A stretch of 64,000 nucleotides of DNA from the human T2T-CHM13v2.0 reference genome, Homo sapiens. Location: assembly GCF_009914755.1 (NCBI RefSeq), contig NC_060947.1. One strand, given 5' to 3'. The notes under the pieces were generated by a model. That model worked only from the letters and a program-made list of their open reading frames with translations, did not search any database and was not told where the DNA came from. Positions 13,401-28,892 of the stretch are shown piece by piece. The translations under genes and the position numbers were made by a program. How positions within the stretch are numbered: position 1 is the first letter of the stretch; the number at the start of each line of letters is the position of its first letter.

Positions 13401-14779
13401 TTGTATCTTACTGCATTTCTTTATTTTGCTCTAATTTTTGAAGAGCTAAAAGGCAATGGCACTGCAGTTTTTGTGAGGATTGCAGTGTTTTCTGCAAAAT
13501 TATTATACAATCCAGAATGTTGAAAATCTTTGTGTATATAAATAGACATTAGATTGCTTTGTCTGGATTTGTATGCATGTAAAAACTAATTAAACTATTT
13601 TATGTATAGTGTTATTTTATTAACTAATATTCTGAATGTTTTGAACTGAGAAATTTTTATGAATCATGATAAATGTGACTACTTTAGAATGAATTTATGA
13701 CCTAACAAGCACTTTAAATTGTATTATAACATATACCTAATGTATGTGTTCATGGTTCATGCAACTATGGAGTTTTTTGATTTATCAAGCCAGGCTGATT
13801 GGAATATCTTTAAAATTGAAGTTTAGTAGAGATAAAATAATAATTACAGAAGAATTTGCCTGCCTTTTTGTCTGTATTGTGGTTTTATATTTTTATTGGG
13901 GAGACATCGTTTTTCCTTCTTGCATTTTTCTATTGTGGAATTACCACTATAAACTACATGTAAATTTTTATATTATCTCATTAACTAGGAGATTCACTTC
14001 TCATCTTACTAATTTTGAATAGGTTAAGTTCCACTAAACGAACATCAAGTGTGTATTTTAAGACAATGTGTTCTAAATGCTCTGAAACTCACGAACGTTA
14101 GTTAAAGGATCAAATGGTTAAAATTGCAGTCTATTTTTTACTGCAACTTTTACCCAGGAGGCACAAAAGTCAGTGCCTTCCTCGAAGCATGTGACTTACT
14201 TCCGCCATAGAATAAATTTCATTTATCTGACTTTACATACACTCTTTAAACTCTTCAGTGCAGTATTCTATTAGCATTCTATTAGTCTCCAAAGAAAATA
14301 GCAGTATTTAAACTTTCCTAACAGTATTATATTAGTATTTATTAGTCTCCAGTGAAAATATAAATAAACGGCATAAATTCCCTTTACTGTGATGAGACTG
14401 AGGAATTAAAATTAAATACTTTTAAAAAGTTGACCTAGGAAGGGAATGAGCATAATCAAGGGGCCAAGGCTAGACAAAGGAATAAAGGTAGCGTAGGCCC
14501 TCGCCTATGAATTGTGTATGCAATGTGATATTTAATGAACGTATCAGAATTTATTTATCCAAACAAGTTATTTAGATACAAATATTTCCCAATAGTACTG
14601 CTTCTGCTCATAACAATTTTGAGTCGTCCGTTTTTGTAATTATTTTCTAATTATTTGGTTCATCTTTCTAAATATAGTCAGTGGTGGCAGTCCTTGTCCT
14701 TTAGGGTGGATTATTTTTCATCATAACATCATAAAATTTAGATATTAGTGAAAAGCTGGCAAACTTAAATTATCTATTT

Positions 14780-15640
14780 TTAAGTCTCGTTTTCCTTGAC
14801 CTTTCTGCAGCCTTTGAAAAGATTGACATTCTTTCCTTCCTTGCCTTCTGTGACAAAATAATATTATTTCCTCTTTGATTTCTCTTCATTTGTTGGGCCC
14901 AATTTACGCCCATGCCTAAGGAATAATAAAATTCTGTTCTTGGCTCTCTGTTCTTATACTTCTATATTCATTGCCAGGAAGAGTTCATGACTTAAATTAC
15001 CACCTCGTCAGAAATGATCCACAAACTTCAGAAACAATAGCTTCTTTTCTTCCCTGTCTTAAAATTCCAGCTGCCTTCAGTATTGTCTACTTCATGTATC
15101 CCAAACTGAACTCAGAATTCCCATCTCTAAATCAGCCTTCATAATTGTTCATATTAATATTAACTGCTTATATAATAAGTATATATATTCTTAAGAATTG
15201 TGTATAGCATCTCTATGTTTCCAATTTAAGAATCTCAGGGTTCTCATTCATACTTTCTGACTTTTGACCCCATTTTCAATCATTTACCTAATGTAACCCA
15301 AACTTTCCTTTTCAACATTTTTTTCCGAATTTTCCTCTTTTTATTCCCCTTCCTTATTTTCTATTTCTTGTCAACTCAAATGTACCACAACTATAATGCT
15401 TTGATAGCCTTCTAAGTGTTTCAGTTTCTTCTTCTGGTTTATCTTTCACATTGCTTATAGGACACTCATTTTCTTTTTAAAGTTGTATGGTATGATGTTA
15501 TTCTCCTTAAGAATCTTTAGTAAATCCTTAAGAGACAATTTAGTTGCCCTTAGTAACAAATTTGAACACTTGAGCCAAGCATTCAGCCTTTTCATTTGAT
15601 TGGTTATCTTATGTCTATAAAACTTTATCTGACCTTCAGA
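14780..15640 (+). mobile_element. L2 LINE body, highly diverged
   Basis: ccttgacctttctgcagcctttga, ccttgccttctgtgac, cccaaactgaactc and the pyrimidine-rich L2 pattern. Confidence 0.6.
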
Positions 15641-17400
15641 GTTTTAATTTGCACATCTTCAGTTGTCACCTATGTGACTCACAAATTAATATTTTCAGTT
15701 TGATGTGATAGAAGAAGGATGAAACCGGTAAATCAAGTTACTTGGCTTGGCTTCTATCCAAGTAAGTGTGGGTGAGTCAGAGATCTCTACAGTGCGTGCA
15801 GATGACACTTAAATATTGATAGAATTAAGATACTGCTTAAACAGTGTTCTATCACTATATCACCATTTAAGAGTAGCTGTCTTTATTTTCCTAGATGAAC
15901 ATAGATATCACAGGTATAGCCTATCCAGACAATTTTTCGGCATTAGTTCTAGACACCCTTTTATTGTCTGTGTAAGATTCAAAATAAAGAAAATTTAGCA
16001 TCTTTTATAGCTGTAAACATTTGGGTTCACAATGAAAAACCTGGTGGTGGAACTGAATGTTCTTGCATCTGTCTAGCTGTTTAAAGTAGAAGAAAATACA
16101 TAGTCATTTGGCACTTGTATCATGTACAAGATAAAGGGAGAAAAACCTAATCCTATTGTATCAAACATGGAGTATATTTTATTCAAGTTATTAGCATTCT
16201 AAAAAAACAAGGTTGATATTAAATGATGGAGGAAGCATTTGTGATGTCAGAATTGGTATAAGGTGCAGAGGGCGAGATAGTTTCCTTTCTCTCTCCCCTT
16301 TGTCTGTCTTATTCTTATCTTGGTTACAGTCCTTCTCAGTATACCTGTAATCACATTAACTTTTTTTTTCTAATTGGAGGTATTTCTTTTCTTCCCTCTC
16401 TTTCTCTGCACTTTTTTGGAAACAAGTTACCCATTTGGAAGGCATGTAGTTGGCAAATTTGATGAACATCTACAGAATACTTGGACATAAGCAAAAAGTA
16501 GAGTTGAATCTCAGGAATTTTTGACCATGTAAGAATTCTTAGTATTTTACCTAGAATGGCTGAAGTTTCTTTGGTATCCTCCTTGGGAAGAGTTTGCTAA
16601 GTGAAACAAAAATAGTAAGATTGAATAGGCAATATTTTAAAAAAGCTACGCAAGAGTTAGTTCATTTTCCAGTGTTTTAGTCATAGCTCGTCATATATAA
16701 GCTATGAGTTTACTATCCTATATTGCGTAATATACATAGACTTTTATAAAATTGAGGTTCTTTTTGAATAGGTAATGTATGCATGTGTTAAGAAACATTA
16801 TAAAAGAGCATGGCATAAAAAGGAAACCTTTCATTCCATTGACCCCTGTCTACCAGTTACCTAGTTTCCTTTGATTGAGGTTACATGTATTTGAGGTTGT
16901 GCCACTTCAATTCTGAACACCTGTCTTTTGCTAATTAACTGACTAGCCTGAAAAGAGATTGGTTAGAGTACAAGCACAAATGCTAGGGTCTTGTCTTCCT
17001 GATAGAGGTGAGGGAAATTCTGCTATTTGCAGTAACTAGATATGGGCAAGGATACAGAATTACCCAAATTTCTACAAAAAAGAAGGTTGACATATGTTAG
17101 ATAGACTCAAAACCTTTTATTACGACAATTGTAAATGAGCTACAGCTGATTATTAAAGCAATCCTTAGCAACTTTGTTAGCGGTTCTCAGATATGACTAC
17201 ATGGATCTACATTCTATACATAAAAATCTTTCACTATATCCAGTGAGTATTTCCTATATTCCCAAATGAGCAAATCTATATATACCTATCAAATTCTAAA
17301 TTAAATATATTAATAACTAGTCCAGCAATAAGATGATTTTTTGTGCATGATGGCAACCACCTTTAAATACATTATTGATCTCAAATTTGATACAATATTT

Positions 17401-17468
17401 AATTGAGTATGTATGGACAGATTGCCAAATATTAATTTGAGTATGTATGGACAGATTGCCAAATATTA
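17401..17468. repeat. Tandem duplication, ~34-bp unit
   Basis: ttgagtatgtatggacagattgccaaatatta occurs twice head-to-tail. Confidence 0.95.
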
Positions 17469-17482
17469 GCATGGAGATATGT

Positions 17483-17833
17483 ATTTTTTAAATTACACTA
17501 AGTTCTAGGGTACATGTGCACAACGTGCAGGTTTGTTACATAGGTATACATGTGCCATGTTGGTTTGCTGTACCCATCAACTCTTCATTTACATTAGGTA
17601 TTCCTCCTAATGCTATCCCTCCCCCAGCCCACCACCCCCAAACAGGCCCCGGTGTGTGATGTTCCCCGCCCTGTGTCCATGTGCTTCTCATTGTTCAGCT
17701 CCCACTTATGAGTAAGAACATGCAGTGTTAGGTTTTCTGTCCTTGTGATAGTTTGCTTAGAATGATGGTTTCCAGCTTCATTCATGTCCCTGCAAAAGAC
17801 ATGAACTCGTCCTTTTTTATGGCTGCATAGTAC
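17483..17833 (-). mobile_element. 5'-truncated L1PA (about L1PA5-8) 3'UTR
   Basis: aagttctagggtacatgtgcacaacgtgcaggtttgttacatagg. Perfect 15-bp TSD agcatggagatatgt at 17468-17482 and 17834-17848. Confidence 0.95.
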
Positions 17834-18044
17834 AGCATGGAGATATGTTTTAGGAAATATCAATATAAATAAAAGTTTCATATTTGAGAGATAAATGTTT
17901 TTCTGGATACCTGTTTGATAGTTTGTATTTGTGATGAGAGTTACTAGTTGAATGCTGAATTCAATAAATTCTGCCCCAGAGACTTTTTAGGAGGGATTTG
18001 GAAAAAATTTATATTGTTGAATAAAGAGGGAGACACCACAATTA

Positions 18045-18381
<337 letters not shown>

Positions 18382-19329
18382 GAAAAGAAACAGAAGTGTT
18401 ATATAGGGACTCATTTTTTTTCAATATGGCATTGAAATACAAAAGTTTACCTTTCAATAATGCATAATAAAAGAAGCATAGAAAGGAACAGAAAGTACAG
18501 AAAAAGTAAAAATGAAATAAATATAGCAAGTAAAATGCTGTATCATCTGTTATAAACATCCTATTTGAAGAAAAATAGGTTGACTTGCAAATCGCTGTGC
18601 TCCATTCTACTTTTCTATTCTTAACCTAATAGGAAAACAATTATGCATCAGGGCACCTATTCATTAAATAAAACAATGACCTGTTAGGGAAGTAATAAGC
18701 ATGCTGTAAATTTATTACTAATAATAAAACTATAGAAAATGTCACTTATTACATCTAAATGTTTACAATGGTAAGTTCAGACAGTGATAAGTAGAAAATG
18801 AAAGGTTCATTTATTTGAATAGTATACTAGAATTTCAGGGAACATAGTAATATACATATAAAATGCATACAGTGTTAGTTAAGTCAATAATCGAATCTGG
18901 CAGTGAAATATGGGCCTGGATTTGAGAGGGACAGAGAAAGAATTAAAACTATAAAAATAGAAGTATTGAGATAATTGGTACATGTATAACTGACAAAAAA
19001 GAAATACTAGTACTTAAGAAAAAGAAACAAATATTTTATCATTAATAACATTGTAGAAGAAATCAGGTAGATGATGACAGAAAGATCATGTAGGAAGCGT
19101 AAGAAACCAAGTGATTAGAAATTGTAAGGAGAGTGAATATGGATAACAAATGTAATGTAATGAAAACTTTGAGGTTACGTATCTACAGAATGGGGTCTGA
19201 CGCTTATAAAAGGGCTTCAAGTGGAGCAGCTGTATTACATGTTGGGATTCCAGGTAGGGTTGCTTAAATGTCTCCTCTCCTGCCTTGCACTTGCTCTATC
19301 TTTATCACTCATTCTGTCTATTTACTTTA

Positions 19330-19430
19330 GTCCAATTCCCTCATTTTACAGATGAGCAAAATGCAAAAGAGAAGGCTAGTGATTGCCCAAGGTCTCACAG
19401 TTAGTATAAGGAATAGGCCTGAACATCATA
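19330..19430 (-). mobile_element. MIR fragment
   Basis: ctcattttacagatgag...gattgcccaaggtctcacagttagt. Confidence 0.7.
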
Positions 19431-20574
19431 CTGTATATTACAACTATGTTAGTGTGTAAAGCAAAGAAATCAAGAAGGTTATATGAATTTACTGTACCTC
19501 AAGCTTATTTAAATTTGGAAAGTTACTTAAGTTTTCTTTGATAATTTTATTTAAAAGGCTTATTAATAAATATTTTCCATGTTATACAAGTGTTTTGTAT
19601 TATCTTTAGTGATTATTATTTAAATAGTCTCCTCAAAAATAGCTATTAAATTATCTATTAATTTCTCCTCATTAGTTGTAAAATTTTTATCTAAAATTGG
19701 TCATCAGAAGCAGGTCTTCTCATTACTGACAATCAGTGAAATTCTACTGTATTGATTGACTTTTAAGTAACTGTTATCAGCACTATCGCATTTATTGTAT
19801 GGTATAATGCTTTCTGATTATTCTGCATGTTAAAGTGTAATGGTTGTTGTAAATCTCGTGTATAATTACATGAATTTTAAAGAACCATAAAGCACAATTC
19901 TGTGGATTACAAACTGCAGTTTGTGAAATTTTGAAGTTCTCAAATCCCACTTTCTTTTTTTCTTTTTGTGATTTCTCACTGAGATCTGACATTATATAAG
20001 TTGAGATTTTAATAAGGACAATTGATTTTTATGTTGTTTGTATTCTACAATATATAGCTTAAAATCAAATTTTATTAATAATAATCAATGTTTATGCTTA
20101 AAGGGAATACTTCCACAGCTCCACCAATCCTGAATCCTTATCCCTGGGTTGAAATGTGATAGGAGAATATTTAAAGAAATACATACAGGGTTGATCTTCT
20201 CTCATTTCTTCTTTAATATCCTGATAAAGCCTAGGAAATAGTTTGAATGTCCACCAAATACACAATGGATAGAAGATGTCTGATCCATTTTTATAGCTTT
20301 TCTTTTAATACATAATTTTAGTAATAATTGGTACTATGACTACTAAATGTTAGTTTTCTAATGAACCATGTATACAAATTCAGAACGTGAGTTGATGCAT
20401 TTAGAATGTTAGGTCTGTATTTATGTATTACCTTTAAGTGCGAACACTTCATAGGAAATAGATTCACCTGGTATCAACTTCACAGAAGAGGGTTTATGGT
20501 CTCTAGGGAATTTTCCATGAAATTTTTTTTTTCTATTATGTTGGTTTAGTGCAAAAAGATTGTGACTAAACCAC

Positions 20575-20777
20575 TTTTTAAAAACTTTTATTTTAGCTTC
20601 AATGGTACATGTGAATGTTTGTTTTATAGGTGAATGTGTCATGGGGGTTTATCGTACAGATTATTTCATCACCTAGGCATTAAGCCCAGTACCCAATAGT
20701 TATCTTTTCTGCTCCTCTCCCTCCTCCCACCCTCCACCCTCAAGTAGACCCCAGTGTCTCTTGTTCCCTTCTTTGTA
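20575..20777 (-). mobile_element. Truncated old L1PA (about L1PA13-16) 3' end
   Basis: gtacagattatttcatcacctaggcattaagcccagtacccaatagttatcttttctgctcctctccctcctcccaccctcc. Confidence 0.88.
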
Positions 20778-20892
20778 TGAACAATGCTTTTAAATAGTAA
20801 TGATTGATAAGTTGAAACATGAATTATGGAAATAATTATTTAACACAACATTTTATTATATATAACGTAATAAATCTGTGCATATGTACATT

Positions 20893-22900
<2,008 letters not shown>

Positions 22901-23007
22901 CAGAAACTGAATTTATGATCCCTGCCATCCAACAGTTAGTGTATTTATATTCATGTTTAGTGACATAAATAGCAAACTGGAGCAATGGTAGATCCATAAA
23001 GCCAGGC

Positions 23008-23412
23008 GCATTAGTTTGCTAGGGCTGCCTTAACAAAGCACCACAGACTGGGTGTCATAAACAAATAGAATTTAATTTTCTCACAGTTCTGGGGGCTGGA
23101 AGTCCAAGGTCAAGGTGTTGGGCAGGTTTAATTTTTATTGAGGCCTTTCTCCTTAGCTTGCAGATGGCTGCCTTCTTGCTGTATCCTCACACGGCTTTTC
23201 CTCTGTGTGTACATGCTGGGAGAGAAAGAGAGAGACCTCTCATGTCTATTCCTCTTAATAAGGACAACAGCCATTTTGGATTAGAGCCACCATTCTTATG
23301 ATTTTGCTTAACCTTAGTTACCTCTTTAAAGACTCTGTTTCCAAATACTTTCACATTGGGGGTTAGGGTTTCAACATATTAATTTTTGGGAAACACGATT
23401 TAGTCTATAGTG
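23008..23412 (-). mobile_element. MLT1-family MaLR solo LTR
   Basis: cattagtttgctagggctgccttaacaaagcaccacagactggg...ctcacagttctgggggctggaagtccaaggtcaaggtg...gggtttcaacata. Confidence 0.88.
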
Positions 23413-26358
23413 CCCCGTAAACTCTTATTTAAGATACAATTGCTGTACACGAAAATAATAGAAATGCATTAAATTGGATTAAAATATGTGAAGAGGAATC
23501 TCTCAATCCACTCAAATATTAGCAGGATGGGCTTTCTCTGGAAAGTATTGCTTTAGATTTTGACAGGCTGGAGTAATGGGTCAGTTCTAGAAGATGACCT
23601 GTGCTGTATAAAAGTAAGGATCTGCACATATATTCCAGAAACCATTTTAGAAATACAGAATCGGCAAGATCTAGCTTAACAGCAGCACATGAGCAAATAA
23701 CCTAAGATACAAGAATACAAGGCAGGGCTCAAGGTAGGTATTATGTAGTAGCAAGTAGATTCCTTTGGGAATTGGGTACAAAACAAATATATTGGGACTA
23801 GATATTGAGAGTTCTGGGGCATGGAGTCAGTTATTGGGTGGGAGGACTTAGGCATTCAGGGACAGCAGTTAAGACTAGAACTAGTACTGGGAGAGTGTAT
23901 CTGGCAGTAAAATGGTGGTTGGGGACCCTCAAAAGGCAGACTTAATTTCACAATTTACACCAGGGTGCTAAAAGGAAACTTAATGAAGAAAATGCAGTAC
24001 TAGGAAATGGGACACAAAGCAGGCTACTTAACTGAGAGATCTGAATCAAGGAAAATAGCCACCAATCAGGAGAGCTTGGGAAGGAGGGGAAAAGTATGAG
24101 AAAGTGGCATGAAAGAAAGAAGGGAAATTACCTCACCCTCATATAAAGGGAGTACAATTAGTAAGGGCCAAAGTTGAAAATGACAAACAGAGGAAGAATA
24201 TACTTCAAAATGTACAATAAAAAGGAGTATGTGTGAAAGCAGAGAGAAAAGTTTAATATCTAGGGAAGAAGGTACAAACATTGGGTTATGATGCAATGTA
24301 AACCTGCCTCAAAAACCAAAAAACCAAATACCTACAGCTTCTGCTTACAAAGTGAAGGGTATTTCCAAATATGCATGCTATTAAATGGCTATAATGTAAG
24401 TCATGGATGAGTTAGTAATTCACTGGTTTGTAAACAGTAAGAGCTCATTAATACCTCACTGCTATTCAATTATAGGCCTCTGCATTACTGCTACTTACCC
24501 TGTCCATTATAAGAAATTAAAGTGTAATCACATTGCTAGCTTTGTATGTTTCATATGTAATATAATGTCTTTACTAGAGAATGCTGCTTCCTTTTACATC
24601 AAACCTCAAAAAGGTAGGTTTTCTTTTATACATACAGATTTTGGTTTTTCTTGGTGTCTTTAAATTTTAGCATTATTCCCTTTTTGTTAAATCTCCTACA
24701 TTTGCATGATGTTCCAGCAATATATTCCACTACTTGAACATAGGGATACTCTGAATTTTTGTGCCTATAAGTAATCTCACATAATTATGTATATTATGTA
24801 AGTAAATATATAGCATTTTGTGTGTATGTATAGTAATGAACATCCTTTTTTCTTTTCATAATTTATTTGGTGCTAGATTAAACAAAACCCTCTTTCTTAC
24901 ACCAGAAAACGGAATTGGAAGATGTCTTTATGATGACGAGCTTATCATTAGCTCATAGATCATCCTGACAAATTCCGTTTTCAAGAGAAGGTCCAAACCG
25001 AAAAGGACATCACAGTTTGTCTCCCTGACAGAGGAACAGAGATAGATCTGAGCTTTAAGGAGAAATAGCCTTTGCTGTTCATTTGACTGTTGTTGGGGTT
25101 GTGGTTATCTTCTGTTGTGTATACATTCTAAAGCACTGAATATTCTACTGATGTTCTCCTTTTTAGGTGCTGACCATCTCTTGAGAAGTAGAAACTTGGT
25201 GTATAGCTTGTATGTCTTAGTGACATGGAAAGGTGATTCTTCATTTATCAAAGAGGGTTCTCTTTGAAATTCTAGTTTCATAACTTTCTCCATCAGTCTC
25301 TTCTCCATTTTTTGAATGTCATTTCTGTTTTGCCTCTGGGGCTATTGATCTGGTCTTTGCCCTTTCCTGCAGAAAGGAAGGCTGTCATTAAAAAATAATG
25401 TGAATTTTCAAGTTTATTCATGTCAGCTTTTTTTTTCACTTGGAAACTGAAAATGGGAGGAGATATGCATATTTATCTAGAATTGCGTGCAACTTGAAGA
25501 TGTTATTTAAGAGCATGTGTTTTTGTGAAGCGTTGGTCATATGTTTTAAAAAACAAATATATTCAGGAGCATCATGGGAATTTATTTCATTCTTGTGCCT
25601 GTGTTGGCTAGTGTGTCCACTATCTCTTAGCTGAAAAGCATGTTCCACATTATCTGATGGTTAACACTGATGCATGTGCATATTGTCCCTTATTAATCAC
25701 AAGCCCGCACCTTCCACACTGAATCGTAACAATAACGGTAGATGACCCAAATTACTTAGAAATTTCAGAATAAGATTAATAGCCATCCCTATTCTTTTAT
25801 TTGGAATGGCTGCTAATAACTTAGTGAGGTGGCACATGACAGTTTTTTTTTTGAAATCAGGATTGTTCTTATATTTTATTGGGATGTAAAATTTGTGTAT
25901 ATCACAAAAACATAAAGAGGAAGAAATTTTGTGAAATGCTGAGAACGCAGGATTTTTTTAAACTAGTTCATCATTCTTTTAATCCTATTCCTGAAATGAT
26001 GATTTAATATGAAATCATTTTACACAGCTTAAGAACAGGAAAATGCATGATCATCAAGAAAGCCTATAGAGTTTCCCCATTATTGGCATCACAAATGGTG
26101 TGTTTACTCAACAGAGCTGCTTTGTTGTTTCTAATGCAACCCCTGCTCAATTTTTTCCCCACAATACTTGGAGAGTCCATTCCTAGCTTTAGCAGTAGTC
26201 TTGAGTGAGCTTCTAAATGATTGGTTAGAGCTGGCAATGCTGACAGGAAATGGAAATGTTCCTTGTTAAGAGAGTCAGAGATAACTTGCTCTTCATTTAT
26301 TTGCGAGCCCTGGCATTAATATTTTTTATTAAAATTATTTTGCATGTACTCAATTAAA

Positions 26359-26445
26359 AATTGATGAACACTCTAAAATGAGAGCTAGTTTGTATATCTA
26401 AATTGATGAACACTCTAAAATGAGAGCTAGTTTGTATATCTAAAT
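26359..26445. repeat. Perfect 42-bp tandem duplication
   Basis: aattgatgaacactctaaaatgagagctagtttgtatatcta at 26359-26400 and 26401-26442. Confidence 0.97.
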
Positions 26446-28892
26446 ATGCTGATCACTTGCGTTGAGCAGTGAAGTGAACTTAGATATATCATTTCAGATT
26501 CATGTTCCAATACATAATTTTGTTGAGATTTTGTTTCAATTCAAATTCATAAGGTACTCATTCTCTACCATTACCACATTTGGAAGCCAGGAGTTTATAT
26601 TTTTTAAATTCTTGATCCAGCTTATTTTCATGACTCTGGTAATTAGTGGCTTAGGATTTTTGTATTTCAAATTTATCCTGGGAATTACCTAGTTTTAGAA
26701 TTTACCAAAGAGATTTTCCCCTGTTAATTCTTTTTTGCATAAAGTGTCTCAAAATGTGACACAAAATTCTTCTCAGTGGATATTATTTTGAAGTTGTTTA
26801 AAGTGGATCTGAAATGTGATTATCTTTTGCTTCACAAGGTTTCTCCTTTAAAAAAAAAGTCTATAGCTAAAAAGTAGCTTATTTGCCCCAAAACATATGA
26901 AAGGGAGAGGGAGGGAGTGTTGGGACCCATCTTGATAACAACAGTCTTCCTTTGTAAGATTTCATTCCAGGCTAATGGCTGGTGAAATTGTTCTGGGTAG
27001 TTAAAATGAAATAAAATGAGTTAAAGAACATGAAGTAGAGCAAGCAGAATGGGTTATTGCTTTTCTTTGAAGGCACAATAGCCATACTCTGTCTCTTTTT
27101 GTTATTCATATCTATGTGGCAGATAAAGCCAGGGTTTTGAATGCCATGATGGCCAAATGAAGGCTATAAATTCAGAGCTTTGGTGCAAAATTCTGTAGCT
27201 AGCAGGTACTAGAACAGGATGCCAAAGATTTGGATTCTCAAATTGTTTTAACTGATGAGTATTCACAGTTGAAAAAAGGAGGAAGCACAATTCTTACCCC
27301 TCTCTGAGAAACATCATGTTAGAAGTGAAATAACTAATGTTCTCCTAAAAAGTACACTTATTGAACACAGACATGAGAAGGAAAAGCATTGTGAAAGTCA
27401 AAATTGGTATTTCTTTCAGGACTGTTCAGAAGTTTTCCTGAGAACGCTATAAAAATGAAGGCAGTTTTGAACGTGTAAAAAAGTCAAATGATAGGCTATT
27501 TATAATTCAGTTTTAAAAAGTATTCGTCTATGTGACTGTATCTTCTTTCAGTGAACAGAAAAGGACTTTTAAATGTCTGGAAGCTTGCAGCTATCAATGC
27601 AAAAGTTTCATGAATTAGTATAATGAAGTGGAAAAAAGTACCTGGTTTTACAGTGTTGTTACACAGCTGGAAAAAAAAAGTGTCATATCAGGTTGGGATC
27701 ACATTTGTCTAAGAAAAAAATAACATGAGTCTTTCTTTTGTCAACACAAGAGATAAGCTGTATGATACCGGGAAATTATACTCTCTGATCTAGCCTTCTC
27801 TTATGGAAGTAACTAGAGATTAAAGTCTCCATCTAGAGTTGCATTACTTTTATACAGTTTTTATGTAAGGCAATTTTTGCAAGAGAAAAATACTAGCAAA
27901 AAAGGTCCAAATTTCTTTACAAAATCACAAGTCCATTTGGAATTCTGCATTTTTATTTCTTTCTCCTGGTGTTATGATATGTAAACAAAGAAAAGCCAAG
28001 TATTCCAAATTAAGAAGTTGTATATATGGATACCTTGTGCTTCTAATATGTCTTTATTTATCATATGTTGTGTGTGAAAAAATTTGCATATTGTTTACTC
28101 CAAATAATCTAATACATATTATAGTGTGAATATAATGTCATTGGCAAATAACACTAATTTCCTATTAAAATATACTTTTAACACTAACTAGATACAAATC
28201 CTGTTATAAAAATAAAAATACCTTATTTTTTGAAAATTTTTGTCCTTGTCTTTTAGTTATAAGTTTAGTCATTTCATTTGGGAGAAAAGTAATATCCTAC
28301 CCACTCTTTCAAGATTAGTATTCTTTCAAATATATTTACTATGAAAATAATTTAATGGATGAAATTATTAGGCACTTAAAAATACTGGTTTACATTTATT
28401 GGACATATCCTATGTGCCCAACACCAATATTCATTTTAAGCCAAGCACAATAATATGAAACGGGTTTTATGATGTGTAAATTATCTTTCATGTGTTTTTG
28501 ACACTGTTATTCATGTGTTTGCCTTTTTACTACCGATTAGGGATACATGAAATATGCCATGCTGGTTTACAAGGACTTAGTTTTCTACTTGTATAAAGAG
28601 TGTTTGTCCCTGTACCCTTTGGTATGTTTACTCAATTTCTTTACTTGGTTTTATTTATCTCACCACCAAATGATACAAAATTTTCTTTATTTTGTATTGT
28701 TCCTGTTTATGTTAAGCATTCTTTCAGCCATACTCTCTATGGTAGTCTTTGAAGAACATCAAAAGGTACTCATTCAACCAAAAATATTTGTCCCTTCCCA
28801 TGAGCTAGCTTGTTTCTTGAAATTCCCAGCATTAGGCAACCCCCTCGCCCATCTTGGCATTCACACCTCTGTTAAAATGCTGATAGATTCTT

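Noticed and set aside
24925-24970. C/D snoRNA or SECIS reading of the hairpin
   Set aside because: The C-like and D-like boxes are under 30 nt apart and box C is not next to the terminal stem. SECIS helix II and apical AA geometry are not met.
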